From: Neovahlkampfia damariscottae
Taxonomy: Eukaryota
Length of the DNA stretch: 64,000 bases
Assembly (NCBI GenBank): GCA_016618085.1
Contig: JABLTG010000026.1
Coordinates: 1-64,000 of the forward strand
Direction of reading: 5' to 3'
Shown here in pieces: positions 53,401 to 64,000 of this stretch (positions are counted from its first letter, which is position 1; each line of letters begins with the position of its first letter). Under the pieces are notes generated by a model. The model searched no databases, had not been told where the DNA came from, and saw nothing but the letters and a program-made list of their open reading frames with translations. Made by a program: the position numbers and the translations under genes.

Positions 53401-55114
53401 TAAAAAAAGGACAAATTGGAATATCATCTTGATAACATTGAATAAATTCATCTTTATGATATTTCATTGATCTAAACCAAAATGCTAAATCAATAGATTG
53501 AAATACAATAAAGTCATGTAAATAATTATCTTTAAAATTTGTATCTATTTCAAAAATATCAAGATATTGATTATCAAGAAAACTATGACTTTTAATATCA
53601 TGCAATCCAATAAATTTAAATTTCTTTTCAAATTCTTCAAAATTATTTGTTGGAAATATTGATGGTCCACTTTCATCAAATATTTTCATTTCATTCATAA
53701 ATGAATTTAAACATCCATTAAATTGAAAATCTTTATCAAAATGAAATGAATTCAAAATATCAATAATAAATGAATATGAATTCCCTTCTTTGTTTTTTAT
53801 ATTTGGTGTATCTGATTTATAAATATAATTTGTATTCCAATGTGATATAATTTTAGATAATATTTTTGAACATTTTTCTAAATTCATTTTTGATTCTAAC
53901 GATTGTACTATGTTTTCATCATCATTATAACTCTTTAATTCTTCAAATTTTATTATTTTTATAGGTGGTATTTTTTCGAATATTTTTCTAAATTCTTTTG
54001 ATATTCTTTTTGGTACACAAATTGAAGTATCACCAAATTCTAAAAACCATGGACCAATTAATAATCCACATTTAAATCTTGCAAATGATTTTTTAAAGTC
54101 AAAATGATTTGGTATCATATCAATTGAACCATTTAAATTATTAGATAATGTTCCATTTTTTGAGTTAAATGAAAATTCAGTTAATATTAATCTAATTTCA
54201 ATAAAATCTGAATTAATATAATCTTCAACATTTTCATGTATTTCAGAATTTAAATTTAATGATAAATATGTTTCAAGTATTTCATTAGAATCACATAATG
54301 TTGATATAATTTCATCTTTTTCTTCAAGGAATTCTTTTGTATTAAAATCTAATTTTTTAATTTGTGAATCAATTTTTAATCTAAATCTCATTTTATTTGT
54401 TGAATATTCTAAAAATAGATTAGTAATTCATTAATTGATTTACTTTGTTCTTCTGCTAATATTTTCTTTTTTCCATTTAAAAATAATGCAATTTCTTCAA
54501 TATTTGGATTATATTTAATAAAATTATTTCTTCCTAAACAAATTAATTCTAATCCATTTTTATATTTTAAAAAGTCTTCATAAATTAAAGATAAAGGTTC
54601 ATTTTTATAATATATACTTCCTAACCATTCAATTACATTTAATTTTGTCCATTTTTTGATTTCTAATCCTTCTAAAACTGAATAAAAATTATTATATTCA
54701 GGTTCAACTTCATTAAAATCATTTCCTTTTAATGTTTGAATAAATTGATAATATATTGAGTGACTTTCAAACCCAAATTCATATAGTTCACCTAATTTAA
54801 TATGATATGGTACAGTTGATGTATTTTTGAATATTTTTTGAAAAAAGGGATTCTCTTTTTCTTCCTTCAATTTGATGGTGGTAGATGAAGAAAACTAAAT
54901 CAAATTAAAATCAATTTCATTTTACGTTGAATGATATTAAATGCAAGTCAGTTTCATTTTTTAAATAAAATATGTACTTTTGAGAAGTACTTCCATTTTG
55001 TGAAAAATATACAATGGACACAAGGTCAATTTCTGTTGAGGATTTCAGTTTGGTGATGAAAAGTTCAACATCTTTGGTTTTTTTTGAAGTTGCTTTGAAA
55101 ACGTTCAACAACAT
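50408..55114 (-). CDS. Large signalling protein: SAM-like, uncharacterised domain, two RGS, pseudokinase, RGS
   Basis: KWTKLNVIEWL (SAM-like); RGS patterns; kinase C-lobe SDIYSIGLIL/RPDIESIL with GELTERN and DPG in place of HRDLKxxN and DFG; FLRQELSIEALLFF. Confidence 0.75.
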
Positions 55115-55333
55115 CAAAGTTTGTTCTTCACCTGTTGGAAAGAGCTTATTTGAGAGTTCAGGATTGTCGACCAATCAATTATCGGTGAATATATATTTTT
55201 AGTACTTTCATTATTCTCAATGAAAAGTTATTTAAATGTATTATTCACGTCTTCTAAAACTCAAACAATTTAAACCAATCATATTTCTTCATTTTCACAT
55301 TCTTTTTTTTTTTTTTTTGTTGTTTCAGGTTGA

Positions 55334-58031
55334 ATGAATCAAATTTTATTGATAAAGAGAAAAAGAAAAGATGTCAAAATAAAAAAGTATGAAAATAAAA
55401 AATCACAAGAACAAGATAAATATTTCATATCACACTTGAATGATATATTTTTGGAATTGATAAAAATTGGAGAATTTAAAAAGTTAAAAAGAATAACTAA
55501 TTTATTATTTCAAAATATTCAACAAGAAGAAGAAAATGAAATTAAAAGAAAAGATATCTATTTTTATTTACCAATTTCACTTTTTAAGAATTTCAATAAA
55601 CTCAATGATTTGTCATTGGAGAATATGATCAAAGTATTTTTAAATCAAAAAGAAAAAGAAGAAGAAGAAGAAGAAAGATTTATTTCTTACTTTTTAATTT
55701 TAATTTTAAAATCAATTTCAGAGAATGAAGAGAGTCTTGACTTGAATGAAATATTAAAAGTACTTTCAAAAACAAATAAAAAAAACAAAATCATTTTGAA
55801 TATATTTTTATTTGATTGGTTACAATTAATAAAAGAAAAAAGAATTAGATTTTATTTTAAAGATACATCATTAAAAGAAATTGAATTTTTTAAAATTATT
55901 AATCAAAAATTAGAAAAGAAAAGATTAAATATAATTTCAAATGAAAAAGAGATTAAAATTGAATTTGATTTAATGAAAGAAAAGACAAAAGAAGAAATAA
56001 ATAATATTGATTATTTAAAGTTTATTTCAAAAAATAAAATTAAATTAAATTATGATTTTTTAAAAAAGATTATAAGTTTATTTGAATTTGAAGGATTAAA
56101 TTTAAAATTAAATGAAGATAAATTATTATTATTGATTGAAATTTTAATTCAAAATAAAAATGAATTTGATGAAATACAAATTGAAATTTGTTATAAAATT
56201 TTAAAAAGAATATTTTTGAAATGGTATTTTCATAAAGTATCAGGGAAATCATTTGAGTTTTTAGGTAAGACTATTGGATTTTAATAAGAAAAAAAAAAAA
56301 GGAAATTTATATGAGACGAAGAAATTGAATAAATATAATTTTGAGATTTTGAATTTGTTTGAAAACTTTTTAAAAAAGAAGATGAAATTAAATTTATGGA
56401 ATTATTATTTACAAGGTTTAATTTTATTTTTAAAGACGTATCATTTGTCCAATCAAAAAGAAAGAGAATTTAATTTAAAATTAATTTTAGATTCTTCTAA
56501 ATATTTTAATTCAAAAAATGATCAATTATTACATGGTTCATTATTATATAAATTATTTTATAATTTAAATCCTTTATTCGAAAATGAACTTAATTCCATT
56601 TTTAGCGAAAGTATCACTAAACCAATAAGAACCATGAATATAAAGTATGGGAATGAATCAAGAGATATGAATCAAAATGATACCAAAATGGATAAATTAT
56701 CTTATACTTTTGTATTTATAATTTCATCATATATTAATCGAGATTCAAAATTATTTTTTAATTTTTTATTTTCAAATTTTTCTAATCCAAGTTCAATTGA
56801 AATGATTGGTATTTGTAATTGTATTGAAAAGATACCATATCAATTTAAAATATTTAAGAATTGGATTTCAAAAATATTAAATATTTTAATTTTTGAAATT
56901 TTTGAATTTGAAAAATTAAAAAGAATGAATGATGATCATTTAAATGAAAATGAATTAATATCATCTTTAATTAATGTTCAATCTTTATTTTTTAAAATTC
57001 AAGGAATATTTACTAAATCACTTTGTTATTTATCAAAAAAGGATATAATTCTAATTAAATTAATTTTAAATAATTTATTTAATTTTATAAAAGAATTAAA
57101 TGATATTTGGTTTAAATATTTAAAAAAAGGAAAAGGGAAATTAAATAAATCAAAAAAGATTATTATTTTATTAAAATATATTTATCCAACCTTTTTTGAA
57201 ATTTTATCAAATTTAGAATTTAATTTAATTAAAGAAGAAGAAAACTCTTTAATTATTTCAATATTATCTTATTTAGATTTTTTAAAAGATAGAAATATAA
57301 ATCATTTTTTAAAAGAAAATTTAATTCAACATTTAAATTTAAATAATTTAAATAATATTATAATTCAAAAAATGAATCAATTTGATGACAATTTAAAATC
57401 TCTTCAATTTAATTCATTAATTAATTTTTATTTAAATTTTTTTATTTTATTAAGAACTGATTGGTTAAAAAATAATGAAAATTTAATTAAATTTACATTC
57501 AAGTAAGTTATTAATTGTATAACAAAAGAAAGATGTTTGAATGAAAATAGTAATACTATAATATTAACCAAATCAAATGATTTATTCTTATTAATTTCAA
57601 CAGATGAATTAATACCATACTATTTAAATTTATGTTTTAAAAAAGGTGGTATTTTATATTCATTATTCTTAAAATATTTCCCTGAAATATTAAAATCAGC
57701 TTCATCAAAAATATCAATTTATTCAATTAACAAAATTTCAGATTTATTTTTTGAAAAATTAAAAAAGAAACAAATCTCAAAATCAATTTTATTATTATTA
57801 TTGAATTTAACACAATCAATTCAATTAAATGTATGTTTTTGTTTTTCTAATCTTTTTTTTTAGACATTAGATTATTTGTTGGAAATTATTGAAAAAGTAT
57901 ATTCTACTATTCCATCATCAAAATCTTTTTGGTTAAAATTTTTGTATGAAGTTGTTGCAAATTCAAGAGATTATACTAGAAAACAAAAATTGCTTTATTT
58001 TTATTTAAATTTATCCAATAAATATAAATAA
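55334..58031 (+). CDS. Large alpha-helical (ARM/HEAT-like) hypothetical protein
   Basis: Four exons join in frame through canonical introns; ends SRDYTRKQKLLYFYLNLSNKYK. Confidence 0.6.
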
Positions 58032-58069
58032 CTTTTTTCAATATTTTTGTTTTCCTTCTTTCTATCTAT

Positions 58070-58411
58070 TTAAAAGGTTGGTTTTGGTGGTCCAAATAAC
58101 TGTCCATTCTTTTGACCAAGAGGTTCCCTTTTTATTTTTGTTTCTTTCATGACTACATTTGTTTTAGTTTCTTGTGTTGGATTTTCCAATCCATGTTTAC
58201 GACGAAATAATAAGATATGTGGTTCGGGTTTGTGATGTCCATAATGAACCCATCCTCTACTCATTTGTATTCCTAAAGACCTCCATTCATATTCTGAAAG
58301 TAATCTGCTTGAAGGTACTTTTGAAGCAATATCCTTTGGTAAAGTTACATGTCTATATTCATAAACGTCATCATAATATTTTTCTGAATAATTGATTAAA
58401 TGTGTGCTCAT
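58070..58411 (-). CDS. CKS1: Cyclin-dependent kinase regulatory subunit
   Basis: [44 protein letters not shown]. Confidence 0.97.
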   Translation of the reverse strand: MSTHLINYSEKYYDDVYEYRHVTLPKDIASKVPSSRLLSEYEWRSLGIQMSRGWVHYGHHKPEPHILLFRRKHGLENPTQETKTNVVMKETKIKREPLGQKNGQLFGPPKPTF

Positions 58412-58513
58412 CACTTTTTGGTGTTAGTTCGTTTTTGTTCGTTGTATTCGGTGATTGGTCAATCCTAGTTCTCAACGATTTTATTTGTGTTTTTGGCGCC
58501 ATTTTTTCAACCA

Positions 58514-59209
58514 ATGGAAACACATAGGATTTTTACATTTGTTGATGAGAAAAACAAAGAAGAAAAAACTGTAGTCCAAATTATTGAAAGTACAGATGAT
58601 AACTTTGGTTTATTTATTTGGCCATGTAGTATAAATTTATCAAATTATTTGTGGAAAGAAAGAGGAAAGCTATTTTCTGAAACTTCAATTGTGTATGAAG
58701 TAAGTAATTCGAAAATATTTTAAAGATTTAGATTGGATGTGGTACTGCATTACCTGGATTATTATTATGTAAATTAGGAATAAAAAAGATGATTTTAAGT
58801 GATTTATGGAATGATGAGAATGATTTGATTTTTAAAAATTTGAAAAAAGAAATTGAATTAAACAAGTTAACAAATGTAGAATTATTAAAATTAAAATGGA
58901 ATTTAAATTCAATTTCATTAGAAGATTTTAATTTTATTAAAAATAATCCACCAAATTTGATCATTGGATCTGATTGTTTTTATGATAAAAGTAAATCCAT
59001 AAACCATACCATTTTAACTTAAAGATGAATTTGATAATTTATTTTCAATAATTTCATTTCTTTTTAAATTTTCAAAATCATCATGTTCATTTATATTTTC
59101 CTATAAAGAAAGGAAGAATGAAAATTTTGAGTATTTTTTAAAAAAATGGAATCTAAAATGTAATTTAATATTAAAAAATGAAGAAATACATTTATATATT
59201 TTAAAATGA
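58514..59209 (+). CDS. METTL23-like protein methyltransferase (Methyltransf_16)
   Basis: GLFIWPCSINLS, EIGCGTALPG, LIIGSDCFYD; two introns. Confidence 0.85.
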
Positions 59210-59833
59210 TTGATCCAATAAATCATTCAAAATTATTTCTTCTTCTTTTTTTCCTTTTTTTGTATTTAATATTTTTAAAAATTTGGAAATTAAATTGGTT
59301 TCGATTTGGTCTTTTTCGTTTAATAATGTTTCGTTCAATTGAATTGCATCATCCCTTTCATTTGATAATACTATATTGAATAAAGTGGTTTTTTAATTCT
59401 TACTTTTTAATTTTTCGTTTTCCTTTTTTAAATTTAAAATGATTGAATTTAAGATCATCATTAAATCAAATATTGTTATATCATCATTCTTTTTCAATTT
59501 ATAAGTCTTTCCTTCAAAGTCTCCTCCTTTCTTCAAATAAAATTTGAGTTTCAATTCAATTTCGTCTTTTTTTTAAAAAAAATTCATCACTTAAATGTAC
59601 TTACTTTGATACTCATTGATTTCCAACTTGTTTTCATTTTCAGAAAATTCAAAAAATGACTTTAAAATTAATTCGTTCGAAATTAACTCGCTTTTTTCAT
59701 CTTTTTGCATAGTCTCTTGGTAATAATACACTTCTAATCCATTAGAAAGATATAATTTGAGATTTTTATTTTCATAGTTGGAGATGAACAAGTAACTTTC
59801 TTTATCTGTTTCTATGATTCTGGTGGATTTCAT
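59201..59833 (-). CDS. XRCC4: XRCC4-like NHEJ factor
   Basis: Beta-rich head then coiled coil ending EKDQIETNLISKFLKILNTKK, matching the XRCC4 ligase-IV-binding helix pattern (LE..L..F..VLN.KK). Confidence 0.7.
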
Positions 59834-59858
59834 TGGTTGATTTTTTTTCATTATTCTG

Positions 59859-61179
59859 ATGTCAGTAAGTTTTATTAAAAATTTTTTTTTTTATTTCTTT
59901 CATCACCATTTATCAATGGAGAAAGAATATAATCAAAAAATTCAAAAAAAAGAACTGATACTAATTTCTTTTTTTTTTAGGAAATAAAGAAGTCCTTTAG
60001 AACAAGACCAATTGATATAAATCGACCTTTAAATATTCATATAGGTGAATTACAGTTATCAGAAGATGATTTTGAAGAAAATATTGTAAGACTGTTCTGT
60101 TTTTTTTTTTTTTATTATTTTTTTGTTATAAAAAGTATCGAGTTCAAAAACCAAAATTTATTCCTATACCTGATACAGCTATTGTAGAAATCGAAGAAAC
60201 AAGGAAATCAGATTTTGTAAATAAAAATGGATATATAAAATATATAAAAACTTTTGATGATGAAAAAAGGAGTGTATTGTATGATTTGGAGGAGGATGAT
60301 TTTGAATGGTTATCAAAAAATGAACAGTTAAAAGATGATGAAATGGAATTATTAATGGATATATTTGAAAAAGAAACTGGTTTATCTGATGAATTAATTG
60401 AATTCGACGAAATTAATTTTGATTCTTATAAAACTATTGAATCAAAAAAATTAAAAAAAAAAGTAAAGAGTTCAAAAAAAAAAGTTAACAACAAAGGTTT
60501 ATGATCATTGGAGAAAAAAAAGAGAAAAAAGAATCGAAAAATTATATCCAAAATGTGGTCGACCTTTATTGGGAGAATATGAAATTCCACCTGACCCAAA
60601 TGAACTTTCACCAAATATTGCATTTAGACCTAGATTGGATGAAAAACAAGTAATTAGAAAATATAGAAAGAATGATGAAGAATCTTATACTAGATTAAAT
60701 ATTTTGAAGCAGGATTTAGAGCAATTGAAAGATATTGCTGAATTAGTTTTAGAAAGAGAAAGATTAAAGCAAATTTATGCTCAAAATACAATGTCTTTAT
60801 TAAAAATGAAACTATCAAATATTGATAAATCATCTGAAATGGTAAATTTAATCTTTTTAATTTTTCAAAAAAATAGACATTTTATGAATTATTAAAAAGA
60901 TCAAATCATCAAAATGATCATCAATATCAACAACTTCAAAATAATAAACAAAAACAAATACAAAAACAACTTGAACAACAAGAGATGAATCAAGAAGAAA
61001 TATTATTAAAACAACAACTTGAACAAAAAGAAGAAGAAGAAGAAGAAGAAAATGAAAATGAAAAAAAACCAATATTTTCCTTTTTAGTAAAATTCAAAAC
61101 TAAAAAAGATGAAAAAGGAGTATCAAAAAAATATAGAATCGGAAGAGGAAATAGAATTTTAATTGAAGAAGTTCAATAA
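59859..61179 (+). CDS. EPL1: Enhancer of polycomb-like protein (NuA4 subunit)
   Basis: MS|EIKKSFRTRPID, IPIP, YDLEEDDFEWL, VYDHWRKKR, PNIAFRPR, RIGRGNR; first exon ATGTCA followed by a 116-nt intron. Confidence 0.85.
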
Positions 61180-61187
61180 AAAAAGGT

Positions 61188-62843
61188 TTAAAGTATATTA
61201 TTTAATGAACTATCATATCTCCATAATCTTGCTCGACAATCACCTGAACCTGTTGCAAATATTTGTTGTGTTGGATTCAAAGAAACTGAAATTACTGAAT
61301 TTTTATGTCCTTGTAACATTAAATGTAAAATTGTATTTCTAGTATCCCAAAATTGAATTGATCTATCTTTTGATCCAGAAATAAGCCAATTTCCATCATT
61401 TGAAAAAGAAACTGATAAAACATAATCTCTATGTCCTGTTAATGTTGAGACTGGTTTTAAATTTTTAACATCCCAAATTTTTAAAGTTTTATCCAAACTA
61501 CCTGAAGCTAATGATTGACCATCAGGTGAAAAAGCAACAGAATAAACAGAATCTTCATGTCCTTTTAAACTACCAATAAAGTTGCCTGTATTTATATCCC
61601 ACAATCTAACAACACAATCTAATGAACCTGCTGCTACTGTTTTACCATCAGGACTGATTGAAACACTTGTTACACCTTCTTTTGGTCCTACTGTAGAATT
61701 TCCAAGTGTGTAAACACATTTACCTTCATTAACATTCCAAATCTTTGCTTTTCCATCTCCACTTCCACTTACAACCTTTATTTTTTAACTTCTTTTTTCT
61801 TTCTTACTGTTTTATTATCACATGAATAATCAAGTGAGTAAATATCCAAGTCATGACCAGTGAGTGAATATTTTAATTTTTTTTCTTGTACGTTCCAAAC
61901 TTTAACGGTTTTATCTTCCGCGCCAGAAACTAAAAAGTTACCATCTATTTTTCAATATATATTAATTTAAAATATTTTACCTGGACTAAAACAAACTGAA
62001 CGTACATATGAATCTTCTTTGTTTGAAGTATTATCAATTTCAGGTAAACCCATTAATTTTTCACCAGTTTCAACATCAAATATTTGAGCTGCTTTATTGC
62101 TACCTGTTGCAATCTTTTTTCCATCTTTACTGAATTTTACACAACAAACTACACTTTGATGTTCTAAATTGTGGAACAGATTGATATTTACATTTGTTTT
62201 AACTTGTGGATTATAAACAACTACCCAATCATTCCCGCTCTGTTTCTTTTCAAAATTTTCAACTTTAACTTCTTCCGGTTTTTTATCACCTTCTAAAATT
62301 TGATGAAAAGGAGGAACGTCAACTTCTTCTTCATCTTTAGTTTCTGACATTGATGGTATATTTGTATTTGAAGGTACATTTGAACTTGCATGTTGTGCTA
62401 ATGAAGGAAATTTGATATTATCCATTTTTGGTTTTTTATTTGGTGGTTGTGAATTTGTTGAAGATCCATTTGTTGAAATTGGTGAAGTTGGTTTTGGTGT
62501 ACCATTTGAAAGTGATGATAATGTTGAAACAGGTGAAGTTGGTTTATTTGGATTTTTACCGTCAAGTTTTCTTCTTAATCTTCCAATTTCTTCTTCATAC
62601 TGTTGTTTTAAATTTTGATAATTCATTTCTAAATCATAAATTGTTTGTTTCATTGATTGAAATTCGTGAATTTGAGATTCAACTGAACTTTAAAAAAAAA
62701 AAAAAAAAAATACGTTTTCTTTCATAGTCATCTTTTTGAACTTTTGTAACATTTAGTTCAGATTCAACTTTGGTGAACTCATTCTTTAGTTGATCCATAA
62801 GTTCACCTAATTTTTCAGTGGACATTCTGTGTTGAGAGTACAT
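61188..62843 (-). CDS. TUP1: Tup1/TupA-type WD40 transcriptional co-repressor
   Basis: Tup_N coiled coil (LMDQLKNEF...KQQYEEEI), HQSVVCCVKFS, SGSKDRSIQFWD, LQGHKNSVISV, FATGSGDCRARLW. Confidence 0.93.
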
Positions 62844-62996
62844 GATGAATTTGCTGAAACGAAATACAAAAGCAAAATGATTGGTCGAAAAATTCTCGGG
62901 TGAATGTCCAATCAAAATTAAATAAAACCAAAAACAACAAACTTCTTGTTTTGGATGATTGATTTGGGCGATAAAAAATATTAATTGGGAACAAAT

Positions 62997-64000
62997 TTAT
63001 TTATGATAAATTATGTCTTTGTAATGATTTGCACAGTAGATTTCATTTTTATATGATTTAAAATTACCTAAATGCAATCTCTTTTTGCATTTTGAACATT
63101 TGAAACAATAGTGATGATAAATTTTTTCACTAACTTCAATTCTTTCTTGTACATAAACTTTTTTCTTACAATATTCACAATATTCATTTCTTTTTAACTC
63201 TTTTCCTGCAGAGTATTTTACAGAAATATCATGAACTCTTGGTGAAAATGGTACATTGTTTGGAGTTAATTCTCCACTTTTTGCTAAATTCAATTTAAAT
63301 TTCTCTATAGCTCTATTACTTCCTTCTGATAATCGTTTTTCTGTTGTTTTTTCTTTTGGTGATGTTAAATTTGAATTTGATCCTGATTTCGTTGATGTAA
63401 CATTTGAATTTGATGGTGAACCTTTTGGTGATTTTAAATCTTCATAAAATTTTAATCGGTTTTGAACTTTATTATTTGCAGTATCATTTATCTTTTTCAA
63501 ATTCAACGAAATTTGATTTTTGATTTCTATGGATGGATTCTTTTCCATTGATTTTTTTTCAACAATAGGTTCTATATCTTCTCTAGTTTCATCATTTTCA
63601 TTTTTATTTAACTCATCATTGATTGCCATGATTGATTCATCATTCCAAACATAAATACCTGACCCAGATCCAGATCCATATAAAACTGCTATTTTTTCTT
63701 CTGAATATGTTGTTTCAATATTTTCTTTAATTTCTGATTTTTCCTTGTTCATTATAAATTTAATTTTTCCATTTTCAATTTCATAATTACCAACGCATTC
63801 TGTTACTTTTTTTGATTCTTTTTCAAAAAATCCAGATTTAAATGTTGAATCTTCATTGAGATTCAAATAAAAATAATCTTCATCTTTTTTCCATGAATAA
63901 TTTATATTTTTTGCTTCAACTTTCATTTTTGCATTACTTCTATTTCTTGGTGAAATTGGTTGTTCTTCATCATTGATTGGAGCAAGTTTATTAGTATCTA
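62997..64000 (-). CDS. LIM-domain protein; 5' end may lie beyond the window
   Basis: CEYCKKKVY..E...YHHYCFKCSKC...YCANHY. Confidence 0.85.
   Translation of the reverse strand, partial: DTNKLAPINDEEQPISPRNRSNAKMKVEAKNINYSWKKDEDYFYLNLNEDSTFKSGFFEKESKKVTECVGNYEIENGKIKFIMNKEKSEIKENIETTYSEEKIAVLYGSGSGSGIYVWNDESIMAINDELNKNENDETREDIEPIVEKKSMEKNPSIEIKNQISLNLKKINDTANNKVQNRLKFYEDLKSPKGSPSNSNVTSTKSGSNSNLTSPKEKTTEKRLSEGSNRAIEKFKLNLAKSGELTPNNVPFSPRVHDISVKYSAGKELKRNEYCEYCKKKVYVQERIEVSEKIYHHYCFKCSKCKKRLHLGNFKSYKNEIYCANHYKDIIYHK

Overview
Left end of a chromosome from an extremely AT-rich, gene-dense microbial eukaryote using the standard genetic code. A heterolobosean/Discoba-like protist is inferred from the RGS-domain expansion, the group-A-type glucokinase and the tiny introns; this is not proven. 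The window opens with a telomere: (CCCAAA)n, then (CCCCAAA)n, then degenerate repeats. About 3 kb of decayed subtelomeric genes follow, then ~44 tightly packed protein genes. These are split by very short GT-AG introns (~26-45 nt), so the ORF track fragments or misses many of them. Recognisable genes include an intron-containing NAD+-dependent DNA ligase, PRP31, SMC3, ADA3, COX10, MED6, ORC2, MIP18/CIAO2B, tafazzin, CKS1, XRCC4, EPC/Epl1, TUP1, BORCS6, glucokinase and several RGS proteins. Main observations: (1) back-to-back tiny introns that imply 1-, 2-, 3- and 4-nt exons in three unrelated genes; (2) a bacterial/viral-type LigA with a spliceosomal intron and a possible mitochondrial presequence; (3) an NF-Y-like CCAAT element 0-60 nt from nearly every start codon, sometimes overlapping the ATG; (4) near-zero or overlapping convergent gene ends; (5) several unusual domain fusions and pseudo-enzymes. 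All gene models were spliced by eye and family assignments come from motif recognition, not database searches.
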